Part shown: positions 46,047 to 57,125 of the stretch, piece by piece
Layout: every line of letters starts with the position of its first letter
How positions within the stretch are numbered: position 1 is the first letter of the stretch
NCBI GenBank assembly: GCA_036495095.1
Contig: DASXNK010000107.1
Span: 11,042 to 75,041 of the forward strand
Direction of reading: 5' to 3'
From: Candidatus Dormiibacterota bacterium
GTDB lineage: Bacteria; Chloroflexota; Dormibacteria; Aeolococcales; Aeolococcaceae
DNA length: 64,000 nucleotides
Translations under genes and position numbers: made by a program
The notes under the pieces: generated by a model
Told to the model about the DNA's origin: nothing
The model's input: only the letters and a program-made list of their open reading frames with translations
The model's database searches: none

Positions 46047-46637
46047 CCGCTCCTCCCTCCAGGGGTCGCCGTGGTTGTGGTAGCCGAGCGACTCCCAGAA
46101 GCCCGGCTGGTCGGCGGTGACGGCCCGGAGGCGCCGGACCCACTTGGCGCTCTTCCAGAGGTAGAGGTGCGGCACCAGCAGCCGCGCCGGGCCGCCGTGC
46201 TCGGCCTCCAGCGGAGCGCCGCCGTAGGTGTCCACCACCCAGGCGCGGCCGCCGGTCAGGTCCGCGATCGGGAGGTTCGTGGTGTAGTCGCCGTGGCACT
46301 CGGCGACGAGGTGGGTGGCCGCCGGCTCCAGCTCGCCGAGGAGGAGGTCGAGGGAGACCCCCTCCCAGCTGGTGTCGAGCTTCGACCAGGTGGTGACGCA
46401 GTGGATGTCGGCGGTCACCGGCTCGTGCTCGAGGGCCTGGAACTCCGCCCAGGTCCAGCGCCGGGGGGTGACCACGGCGCCGTCGACGGCAAGCTCCCAG
46501 CGGTCGAGCCTGACCGCCGGGGTCGGCCCCGCGCTGAGCACCGGGAAGTCGCCGACGAGGTGCTGGCCGGGAGGGATGCGTCCCGCGACCTCCGGCCTCT
46601 GGCGGCGTCCCCGGAAGCCACGGCTGATGATCGGCAT
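46032..46637 (-). CDS. Molybdopterin-dependent oxidoreductase (sulfite-oxidase fold, YedY/MsrP-like)
   Basis: 202-aa ORF with the sulfite-oxidase-family catalytic-core pattern (HCVTTWS ... HLYLWKSAKWVRRL). Confidence 0.7.
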   Translation of the reverse strand: MPIISRGFRGRRQRPEVAGRIPPGQHLVGDFPVLSAGPTPAVRLDRWELAVDGAVVTPRRWTWAEFQALEHEPVTADIHCVTTWSKLDTSWEGVSLDLLLGELEPAATHLVAECHGDYTTNLPIADLTGGRAWVVDTYGGAPLEAEHGGPARLLVPHLYLWKSAKWVRRLRAVTADQPGFWESLGYHNHGDPWREERYWGD

Positions 46638-46753
46638 CGGCGGCTCTCCCTGGTCGGTGCACGCACAGTGTGCCCGGAACCACACGCGGCGGGGCGGCAG
46701 GCCGGCCGGGCGCGGGGCGCTGGGATCGCGCCCGTGCGGAGCAGGGCTGTACG

Positions 46754-47791
46754 ATGCCGGGGATGGCCGACGAGGTCGCGCTGGTCGAGGCCGCCGGACG
46801 CGAGGTCCCGATCACGAGTCCCGGCAAGGTCCTCTTCGCAGAGCGCGGCGAGACCAAGCTGGACCTGGCCCGGTACTACCAGGCCGTCGAGGAGCCGCTG
46901 ATGCGGGCGATGGGCGGCCGGCCGGTGCTGCTCCAGCGTTTCCCGAATGGCGCCGAGGGGCCGTCCTTCTTCCAGAAGAGGGTGCCGGACACCGCTCCCG
47001 ACTGGCTCGAGACGACCGTCGTCAGCACCCCGAACGGCACCACCTCGCGTGCGCTGGTGGCGGCCGACCTGGCCCACGTGCTCTGGGCGGTGAACCTGGC
47101 CTGCCTCGGCTTCCACGTGTGGCCGTCGAAGGCCTCCGACCCCGAGCACGCCGACGAGCTGCGCATCGACCTCGACCCCACCCCCGGCGTCACCTTTCCG
47201 ATGGTGCGCGAGGCCGCCCACCACGTGCGCGCACTGCTCGACGAGATGGGGGTCGCGGCGATGCCGAAGACCACCGGCAACCGCGGTATCCACGTCTACG
47301 TGCGCCTGCAGCCGCTCTGGACCTCCTACCAGGTGCGGTCGGCGGCGGTCGCGGTCGCGCGCGAGCTGGAGCGGCGCCATCCCGACCTCATGACCGCGGC
47401 GTGGTGGAAGGAGGAGCGCGGACGCCGCGTCTTCATCGACTTCAACCAGAACGCGCCGCACAAGACCATCTTCGGTGCCTGGTCGGTGCGCGCCCGGCGG
47501 GGTGCCCAGGTGTCGACCCCGTTCCCGTGGGACGAGCTCGACACCGTCGATCCCGACCAGCTGACCATCGCCACCGTGCCGGCGCGGGTCGCCCGCGCCG
47601 GTGATCCGTGGGCCGGGATGGACGCCGCGCCGCAGTCGCTCGATCCGCTGCTCGTCCTGCACGCCCGCGACGTGGACGCCGGGCTGGTCGACGCGCCCTG
47701 GCCGCCGGTCTATCCCAAGATGCCGGGCGAGCCGCCACGGGTGGCGCCGAGCCGGGCCCGCAAGGTCGCCGACCCCGGCCCGCAAGCGTGA
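46754..47791 (+). CDS. Stand-alone LigD polymerase/primase (PolDom) domain protein
   Basis: Matches the NHEJ polymerase domain pattern (KLDLARYY, LLQRFPNG, VSTPNG, NLACLGFHVWPS, IDLDP, KTTGNRGIHVYV, FIDFNQNAPHKT). Confidence 0.8.
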   Translation: MPGMADEVALVEAAGREVPITSPGKVLFAERGETKLDLARYYQAVEEPLMRAMGGRPVLLQRFPNGAEGPSFFQKRVPDTAPDWLETTVVSTPNGTTSRALVAADLAHVLWAVNLACLGFHVWPSKASDPEHADELRIDLDPTPGVTFPMVREAAHHVRALLDEMGVAAMPKTTGNRGIHVYVRLQPLWTSYQVRSAAVAVARELERRHPDLMTAAWWKEERGRRVFIDFNQNAPHKTIFGAWSVRARRGAQVSTPFPWDELDTVDPDQLTIATVPARVARAGDPWAGMDAAPQSLDPLLVLHARDVDAGLVDAPWPPVYPKMPGEPPRVAPSRARKVADPGPQA

Positions 47792-48348
47792 CCGGCCCCG
47801 ACCCGGTGACCTGGGCGGCGGCCGAGTCGGCGGAGCTGCTGAGCGGCCTCGGGGATCGCTGGCGGTACGTCCAGGGGGTGGTGGCGGCGGCGCGGACGGT
47901 GGGGGAGACCTTCGAGCGGGAGGACGGGGAGCAGCTCGTCGCCGCCGCCCACCTCCACGCCGCCGGCCACGCCCCGGCGCTCCACGTGACCGGCCTCTTC
48001 CAGCTCGACGGCGCCCGCCACGTCCGGGCCCACGGCCACGAGCGGCTCGCCGGCCTCGTCGCCCATCAGACCGAGTCGCGGTACGAGCTCACCATGCGCG
48101 GCTACGCGAGCCACCTCGACGCCTACCCCGCGGAGCGCTCCGAGGTCTCCGCCGCGCTGATCTACTGCGTGATGACGACCGGGCACGACGGGGCGAGGAT
48201 GACCTTCGCCGACCGGGTCGCCGAGATCCAGCGGCGGAACGGCCCCGCGACGCTGCTCGGGGAGGCGCTGCGGCGGGCGCTGCCCGACCTCGCCCTCGCG
48301 ATCGCGGGCATCACCGTGCGGCTGCGCCGCTTCGGGCGGGTCGCCTAG
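47788..48348 (+). CDS. HD-domain phosphohydrolase-like protein
   Basis: His/Asp-rich metal-binding pattern (AAAHLHAAGHAP...H...HGHE). Start overlaps the LigD-Pol stop (GTGA). Confidence 0.55.
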   Translation: MTGPDPVTWAAAESAELLSGLGDRWRYVQGVVAAARTVGETFEREDGEQLVAAAHLHAAGHAPALHVTGLFQLDGARHVRAHGHERLAGLVAHQTESRYELTMRGYASHLDAYPAERSEVSAALIYCVMTTGHDGARMTFADRVAEIQRRNGPATLLGEALRRALPDLALAIAGITVRLRRFGRVA

Positions 48349-48354
48349 GTCTCA

Positions 48355-48912
48355 TCAGCCGGGCAGCCCGCGCTCGCGCGCGATCTGCTGGTCGCGGCGG
48401 GCCCGCAGCCGCACCGCGCCGGGGGTGGCGTGGCGGGCGACGGGGTCCATCGGCGGGGGCGGCACCACCCCGTACTCGGCGAGGCCGGCGAGGTCGAGCG
48501 CCCAGTCCTCGATCAGCTCGCGCCGCCGCCAGACCTCAGCGGCGTCGCCGAGATGCGCCTCCACCTCGGCCTCGCTCCATCCGTTGACCCGGGCCAGGTG
48601 GGCGGTCACCCGGTCGCCGCGACCCAGCCGCAGCGCCCGGCCGTAGTGCTTGACCTCGTGGCAGTCGGGGCAGAGCGCCATCATCCCGGCGAGCCGCTGC
48701 ACCCGTTCCGCCTCGTCGAACTCCCAGACCTCGTGGGCCTCGACGGGGTGGCCGGCCCCGACGCCCGCGCAGATCGCGCAGCGCGAGCCGTAGCGCCGGT
48801 ACACCCGTCTCCGCAGCGTGTCCCACCGCCCCTCCGAGACCGACGATCGGACGTTGCTGCAGTGGCAGGAGCTGGGCGTCCGCTCGGCGGTGAGCCGGGG
48901 CGGGGTGGTCAT
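48355..48912 (-). CDS. HNH-motif nuclease-like protein
   Basis: RCAICAG...HPVEAHEVWEFDE...LCPDCHEVKH is an HNH-type Cys/His arrangement. Confidence 0.55.
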   Translation of the reverse strand: MTTPPRLTAERTPSSCHCSNVRSSVSEGRWDTLRRRVYRRYGSRCAICAGVGAGHPVEAHEVWEFDEAERVQRLAGMMALCPDCHEVKHYGRALRLGRGDRVTAHLARVNGWSEAEVEAHLGDAAEVWRRRELIEDWALDLAGLAEYGVVPPPPMDPVARHATPGAVRLRARRDQQIARERGLPG

Positions 48913-48928
48913 CGCCGGGGTGTCCCTC

Positions 48929-50110
48929 CTACGCGGCCTCGCCCTCGCCGGGGCAATGGGGCACGGGCTCGTCGATCACGCCGGCCTCCTCGACGCCGCC
49001 GATCTCCTCGCCCAGGCGGGGCAGGCTGTCGACGGTGACGGCTCCGTCGCCCTGGGTGCTCAGCGCCTCGTCGCCCCGGCGGGAGCGGTAGAGGGCCCCG
49101 AGAAAGATGTTGGCGATCGCCGCGACCGGAACGGCGAAGAGGGCACCGAGGATACCGCCGAGCTCGGCGCCGACGATCAGCGCCGCCATCGCCACCAGCG
49201 GATGCAGCTGGGTGACCCGGCCGTTCACCCGGGGGCCGACGATGTAGGCGTCGAGGGCGTGCCCGACGATCCCGGCGATCGCCGCCAGGAGGGCGAGCAG
49301 CGGGCTCTGGAGGAGGGCGATCACCACCGCGAGGCCCATCGCCACCACCGCCCCGACGACCGGGACGAACTCGAGGAAGAACGCCGCCACCCCGATCAGG
49401 ATCCCGTAGTGGACGCCGAGGAGGGTCATCGCCACCGCGGTGTACAGGCCGATCAGGCACGACATCAGCAGCTGCCCCCGGACGTAGGCGCCGACGGTCG
49501 CGCCCACCGCGAGCACGGTGAAGTCGAAGGCGCGGGCCCGCCGCGGGAAGAGGTTCCGCAGGGTCGCGATCAGGACCCGTCCCTCGATGAGCAGGTAGAT
49601 CGAGATCACCAGCACGAGCACGACGCTGGTCACCGTCGAGATCACGCCGCTGACCAGGCTCACCGCCGCGCCGATGTCGAGGGCGCTCCCCGAGGGTCGC
49701 AGCGCGGCGAGGCTGAGATGGAGGCCGCGGCGGTCGATCTCGGTCTGCAGCCGGGCGGCGAGGTCGGGAAGGTGGCGCGCCTGGGTGACGATCGAGGGGA
49801 CGACCAGCGTGACCGCGGCGGCGACGGCACCGACGATGGCGAGGTACAGGGCCAGCACGGTCGCGCCCCGATGCCATCGGAACGGGGCCACCCGCTGCAT
49901 CCCGTCGACCACCGGGGTGAGCACCAGGGCGACGATCGCGGCGAAGGTGAAGAGGAGGACCACGCTGAAGACGTGGACCACCAGGAACTCGGCGCCGTGG
50001 TAGAGGCTGACCACGCTCAGGGCGATGAGCAGCCACACCAGCGCCCGGGCAGGACCGTAGAGGTGCTGCCACCTGGACTGCGGGTCGGTGACCAAGGATT
50101 CGTGCTCCAT
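48929..50110 (-). CDS. AI-2E family transporter (PerM/UPF0118)
   Basis: Polytopic membrane protein with the AI-2E-family pattern. Probable start at MEHESLV. Confidence 0.75.
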   Translation of the reverse strand: MEHESLVTDPQSRWQHLYGPARALVWLLIALSVVSLYHGAEFLVVHVFSVVLLFTFAAIVALVLTPVVDGMQRVAPFRWHRGATVLALYLAIVGAVAAAVTLVVPSIVTQARHLPDLAARLQTEIDRRGLHLSLAALRPSGSALDIGAAVSLVSGVISTVTSVVLVLVISIYLLIEGRVLIATLRNLFPRRARAFDFTVLAVGATVGAYVRGQLLMSCLIGLYTAVAMTLLGVHYGILIGVAAFFLEFVPVVGAVVAMGLAVVIALLQSPLLALLAAIAGIVGHALDAYIVGPRVNGRVTQLHPLVAMAALIVGAELGGILGALFAVPVAAIANIFLGALYRSRRGDEALSTQGDGAVTVDSLPRLGEEIGGVEEAGVIDEPVPHCPGEGEAA

Positions 50111-50355
50111 CTGGCGGGACACCGGCGTTGTTGCCGGAGTGACAGCGAGCCTATCAGAAAACACAGCATTGACGTGTGGGTGTGACCTGCACGCCTGATT
50201 GCCACCATGAGTGCAGACCGCCCAGCGAGCATGACGGCCGGCTCTCGGTCCCGGTCAGCCACGGCGTCATAGGTGATACGATCGCGCTTCGGTTATCCGT
50301 CATAGTCGATATCAGAAAAAATCGGCTCTCGTCTGGATGGAGGTGCTCTGACGTG

Positions 50356-51417
50356 TCAATGTCGCATGGCAACGGCCATGTCCCCGTCACCGGAGGTGAC
50401 GGATGGGAGCCATCTCTTCCGCGGCCGCGGGGCCCGGTGAGCGCGGTCCTGCTGTCGCTCCTGACGTCATCCCCCCGGCGCCTTCCCGAGCCGCCGTCCC
50501 TTCCCGGGGATGCGCTCGGCGACGACGACCTCCACCTCGCCCTCTACGTCTGCTACGAGCTCGGCTACCGCGGCTTCGCCGGTGTCGACGAGGGCTGGGA
50601 GTGGCATCCCTCGCTGATCGCGTACCGCGCCCGTCTCGAGCAGGCCTTCGAGGCCGCACTCCGCGCCGCTCACCCGGCCCGCCCGGTGGACCCGCGGGAC
50701 GTCGCCGGCGAGCTGCAGTCGATCGTGGATGGAGACCGGTCGCCGTCGCTGTCCGGAACGCTGGCCACCACCGGCACGATTGCGCAGTATCGCGAGTTCG
50801 TCGTCCACCGCTCCGCGTACCAGCTCAAGGAGGCGGACCCGCACACCTGGGCGATCCCACGGCTGGCGGGTGTCCCCAAGGCGACCCTCGTCCGCATCCA
50901 GTTCGAGGAGTACGGGGACGGGTGCGCCGAGCGGATGCACTCCGCCCTCTTCGCGCGCACAATGGAGCAGCTCGGCCTCGACAGCCGGTACGGCGCTCAC
51001 CTCGAGCATCTGCCCGGACCCACCCTGGCCACCGTGAACCTCATGTCGATGTTCGGGCTGCACCGCCGCCTGCGTGGAGCGATCGTCGGTCACCTCGCCG
51101 TGTTCGAGATGACCTCGTCCGGGCCGAACGCGCGCTATGCCGCCGGCCTCCGCCGCCTCGGCCTCGACGCGGCGGCGACCCATTTCTACGACGAGCACGT
51201 CGAGGCCGACGGCGTGCACCAGGTGATGGCGCGCGACCAGCTGGCTGCGGCCCTCGCCCGCGCCGAGCCGCGACTCGGCGCGGACATCCTGTTCGGTGCC
51301 CGCGCCCTGCTCGGCCTCGAGGGCCGCTTCGCACAACGGCTGCTCGAGCGCTGGGCCGGTGGGGAGAGTTCGCTGCTCGGCCCCCTGGCGGAGCCCGCAG
51401 CCCTCTCCGTCGGATGA
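50356..51417 (+). CDS. Iron-containing redox enzyme family protein (haem-oxygenase-like fold)
   Basis: LALYVCYELGYRGFAGVDEGWEWHPSLIAYR and downstream helical His/Glu-rich segments resemble the HO-like di-iron/iron enzyme family. GGAGG RBS upstream. Confidence 0.55.
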   Translation, partial: SMSHGNGHVPVTGGDGWEPSLPRPRGPVSAVLLSLLTSSPRRLPEPPSLPGDALGDDDLHLALYVCYELGYRGFAGVDEGWEWHPSLIAYRARLEQAFEAALRAAHPARPVDPRDVAGELQSIVDGDRSPSLSGTLATTGTIAQYREFVVHRSAYQLKEADPHTWAIPRLAGVPKATLVRIQFEEYGDGCAERMHSALFARTMEQLGLDSRYGAHLEHLPGPTLATVNLMSMFGLHRRLRGAIVGHLAVFEMTSSGPNARYAAGLRRLGLDAAATHFYDEHVEADGVHQVMARDQLAAALARAEPRLGADILFGARALLGLEGRFAQRLLERWAGGESSLLGPLAEPAALSVG

Positions 51418-52390
51418 CGCTCAGCTACGTGCTGCCGCTCCGCTGCGACGCTGCGTGCGAGGGCACCCACCAGGACCTCATCGCCTACCTGCGGACCGTC
51501 GGTGGCCTGGCCGAGGTCCTGGTCGTGGACGGTTCCGGTCCGGCCGGCTTCGAGCGTCACCGGGGCGTCTGGCCGCCCGGCGTCCGCCACCTGCGCCCTG
51601 ACCCCGACCTCGGTGGCCGCAACGGGAAGGTGGCCGGGGTGCTCACCGGCGTGCGCCATGCCGCCGGCGAGCATGTGGTGATCGCCGACGACGATGTCCG
51701 CTGGTGTGCCGCGGGACTGCGCCGTGTCGACGCGCTCCTCGACGGCGCCGAGGTCGTTCGGCCGCAGAACTACTTCGACCCGGCGCCGTGGCACGCGCTG
51801 TGGGATACGGGACGGACCCTGATCAACCGGTGCACCGGCGGCGATTTCCCCGGCACCCTGGCGGTGCGCGGCTCGGTGCTGCTCGAGGCGGGCGGGTACT
51901 CGGGCGACGTGCTCTTCGAGAACCTCGAGCTGATCCGCACGGTGCGTGCGGCCGGCGGCCGCGAGGCGGTGCCGCTCGACCTGTACGTGGCCCGCCGGCC
52001 GCCGTCGACCCGCCGGTTCCTCTCGCAACGGGTGCGCCAGGCCTACGACGACCTCGCCATCCACAGCCGGCTCGCCGCCGCCCTGGCGGTGGTCCCGGTG
52101 GTGGCCTGGACCGGCCGCCGGCGGCCCGCAGCCCTGGGGCCGCTGGCGCTGTCCGTGGTGGTGCTGGCGGAGGCCGGCCGCCGCCGCGCCGGAGGCGCCG
52201 CGGTGTTCCCGGCGCGCGCGTCCTGGCTCGCTCCGCTGTGGGTCCTGGAGCGCGGCGTGTGCTCCTGGCTCGCGCTGGCCAGCCGGCTGCTGCTGGGCGG
52301 CTGCCGGTATCGAGGCGTTCGCATCGCCCGCGCCGCGTCGTCGCCGGCGGCGCTGCGCAGAGACATCGCCAGGAGTGGCAGGGTGGGTGG

Positions 52391-52394
<4 letters not shown>
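51414..52394 (+). CDS. GT2-family glycosyltransferase
   Basis: VVDGSG ... [10 protein letters not shown] (DxD) pattern. Translationally coupled (ATGA) to the genes on both sides. Confidence 0.6.
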
Positions 52395-54505
<2,111 letters not shown>

Positions 54506-54558
54506 GTCACTGCCAGCCACCTGGCCATCGGGACCGGAGGGTTGCGTGGGTGGTGCGT

Positions 54559-54819
54559 TCAGGGCGCCGAGGGCCCGCCTCCCGCGAGGCCGCGGACCAG
54601 CGTCTCCAACGAGCCTCCGCCGCCCGCGCTGCCGCTGACCGGCGGGCGCCCGCCACTCGGGCCTCCCACCTGGAGCGTCGCCGCCGCCGCTGTGACCGAC
54701 GGGGAGGTGGCCGAGAGGGTGGTTGTCCCGCCGCCGTGGACGATCCCCGCGAGCGCCAGGGTGGCCGCACCTGCGGCCGCACCGAGGAGGAGGGCGATCC
54801 TGCTGGGCATGAGGGTCTC
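54559..54819 (-). CDS. Possible small secreted Gly-rich protein
   Basis: C-terminal 87 aa of a longer ORF beginning MPSRIALLLGAAAGAATLALAG (signal-like). Frame statistics are not decisive in this GC-saturated region. Confidence 0.2.
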   Translation of the reverse strand, partial: ETLMPSRIALLLGAAAGAATLALAGIVHGGGTTTLSATSPSVTAAAATLQVGGPSGGRPPVSGSAGGGGSLETLVRGLAGGGPSAP

Positions 54820-55005
54820 CGCGTGGGCTGCACCCCACCTGCCGGGAGAGCAACCGGCAGAAGGGGGAACGACGGCGGGAGACGAAGCCTTGCGGCTGCG
54901 CCGGCGTCCGGGGCCCCGTCGCCACAACGACGGGTACATTCGTACACGCGCCGTGTGGCATCCGGCGTTGGTGGCGGCGACCCGAGCGCTCAGCATCAGG
55001 GAAAC

Positions 55006-55194
55006 GTGGGCGTGTTCCATCGCAACATCGACGTCGCCATCAATCCGCTGTACCAGAGCAGGAACTTTCTCAGCCAGAACTGGCAGTGGTTGTTCGGCCT
55101 CCTCTTCGGAGGCGGCGGCGGCCTGGTGATCTGGGTGGTGCGCTGCCTGCGATCGCGAGGGCCCACCGATTGCGCGAAAGGTCGACCGAGTTGA
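55006..55194 (+). CDS. Possible small membrane protein (62 aa)
   Basis: Codon-like periodicity in a lower-GC stretch and a hydrophobic WLFGLLFGGGGGLVIWVV segment. GTG start. Confidence 0.25.
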   Translation: MGVFHRNIDVAINPLYQSRNFLSQNWQWLFGLLFGGGGGLVIWVVRCLRSRGPTDCAKGRPS

Positions 55195-55290
55195 CAGAGC
55201 ACGTTGACGCTTGCTGACGGCCGCCGTACACTCGCGCAGCGGTCGTAGCGAGCCCATACCCCGACGACCGAGGGGAGTGGTGTGAACGCG

Positions 55291-55979
55291 ATGGGGCAGT
55301 CGTCCCGGGGGGGCGGGCGATCGCCGGCTTCCTCGCCGAGCTGACGCCACCGGAGACGGAGGATCTTCGGGCCCGGGCCCGTCATCGGCGATTCGCCCGC
55401 GGATCGTCGATCGTCAACGAGGGCGAGGTCCCGCGTCGGGTCGTCGTGCTGCTCAGCGGCCGCGTCAAGGTCTGCGACCATTCGGCGGATGGCCGCGAGA
55501 TCGTGCTCGGAGCCCGGGGCCCCGGCGACCTGATCGGGGAGATCTCCGTGATCGACGACCAGCCCTGCTCGGCCACGGTGACCGCCTTCGAGCCCGTCGA
55601 GGCGATGGTGATCGACGCCGCGGGGTTCACGGCCTTCCTCGACAGCCATCCCCGCATCCTCCGCGTGCTGCTGCGGTCGGTGGTACGGAAGCTCCGCGAC
55701 TCCGACCGCAAGCGCGTCGAGTTCGGGGTGTACGACACCGAGGGCCGGGTCGCGCGCCGGCTCGTGGAGCTGGCCGACGAGTACGGTGACGATCAGGAGG
55801 GAAGGGTCGGCATCACCCTGCCGCTCACGCAGCAGGAGCTGGCCGGCTGGACCTGTGCGTCGCGGGAGGCGGTCAGCAAGGCGCTGGGGAGCCTGCGCGG
55901 ATGCGGCTGGGTCGAGACCGATCGCCGGCGCGTCACCATCGTGAATCTCGATGCCCTTCGCCGTCGCGGGGGCCTCTGA
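55291..55979 (+). CDS. Crp/Fnr-family cNMP-binding transcriptional regulator; N-terminus out of frame at a G7 homopolymer
   Basis: The cNMP-binding beta-roll (RRFARGSSIVNEGEVPRRVVVLLSGRVKVC) and C-terminal HTH (LTQQELAGWTCASREAVSKAL) are in frame 0 from 55320 onward. The only start (ATG 55291, MGQSSRGG) is in frame +1, and one extra G in the G7 run 55307-55313 joins the two. Confidence 0.6.
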
Positions 55980-56003
55980 GGAGGCCCACCCGGGCCGGCG
56001 GGG

Positions 56004-57125
56004 TCACTCCGACTCGCGTTCGACCTCGTCGTGCAGGTCCGCGAGGATCTGGCAGAACCCGGGGTTGGCCCAATAGTCGTGGGAGCGCAGGCCACCGCCA
56101 CCCGGCCGCGCATCCTGCACGTTGTCGACCATCCTGTCCGTCACCGTGACAGGCCCGAGCTCGCCCTCGGCTGGAGACCACCGGTGAAAGAGGCCGGGGC
56201 CGCCCGTGTGGGGCTGACCTCGGCGCCACGTGACCGGCGGCTGAAGGGAGTCGGCAACCGGATCACGACGATCCCAGACGTTGATCCACCGCCGCGGGCA
56301 GAGCCGGCCCGCGTCGGTGCCCCAGCCGAGGAGGTCGGCGTACTTCCGCAGCGGGCTGCCGGCGGTGACCAGGCCGCGGATCTTGAGGTCGGTCGAGGGA
56401 TCGAGGTCGGAGAGCACGTCGAAGCCGACCACCGTGCCGTTGCTGTGGGTGTTGAGCACGATGGCGCGCACATCCTCGCGGCAGCTGAGAGAGGTCAGCA
56501 CCGCCTCGACGAAGCTGCGGACGCGCTCCCGGTACTTGTGGCGGGCCACATAGCCGCCGACATCCTGGGAGACCTGCCAGACGATGCTGAACGGACCGGA
56601 CGGGCGCCGGTTGGGCTCGCGCCGGCGCGGATGACGCCGCATGCGATTCCGCAGCTGCCTCCTCTGCGCCTCGTCCCGCAGTCGGAGCGAGCCGGGATAC
56701 GAGGTGGCGCCCGGAGATCCCTTGCGACGGAGGCTCTGGAGGGTGCCGACGAGCATCTGCACCGCACCTCGCGCGGTGATGTAGCTCCGGGCGTAGCGCA
56801 CCGACCAGAGGATGATCGCGAACAGTCCCAGAGGGTCGGGCATGCTCTCCTCGAAGCACGTGTACACGAGGGCGACGTGGGCGCAGTGCGCCCCGGGGGT
56901 GGCGAGCGGGCGGGAGGGATCGAGGCGGTCCATCGACGTCGGGCTGGGACCGGCAACGTACACCGCTCCATGGCCCCGCTCGGGATCGTCGCCGAGCCCG
57001 GGGATGACCTCCCGCAGCATCGAGTGGAGGGCATCCGCGTAGCCGGGCATGCCCTGGCCGTCGTCGGGCGGCTCCTCGAACCCGATGCCGTGGATCGTGA
57101 CCAGGCAGGTCAGCGGCCCGCTCAT
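56004..57125 (-). CDS. Alpha/beta-hydrolase-like (lipase/esterase-type) protein, translationally coupled to the AC-STAND gene
   Basis: LVTIHGIGFE oxyanion-type region, NTHSNGT nucleophile-elbow-like motif, and later Asp/His candidates (WINVWDRRDPVA, RSHDYWANP). ATG overlaps the upstream stop (ATGA). Confidence 0.55.
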   Translation of the reverse strand: MSGPLTCLVTIHGIGFEEPPDDGQGMPGYADALHSMLREVIPGLGDDPERGHGAVYVAGPSPTSMDRLDPSRPLATPGAHCAHVALVYTCFEESMPDPLGLFAIILWSVRYARSYITARGAVQMLVGTLQSLRRKGSPGATSYPGSLRLRDEAQRRQLRNRMRRHPRRREPNRRPSGPFSIVWQVSQDVGGYVARHKYRERVRSFVEAVLTSLSCREDVRAIVLNTHSNGTVVGFDVLSDLDPSTDLKIRGLVTAGSPLRKYADLLGWGTDAGRLCPRRWINVWDRRDPVADSLQPPVTWRRGQPHTGGPGLFHRWSPAEGELGPVTVTDRMVDNVQDARPGGGGLRSHDYWANPGFCQILADLHDEVERESE

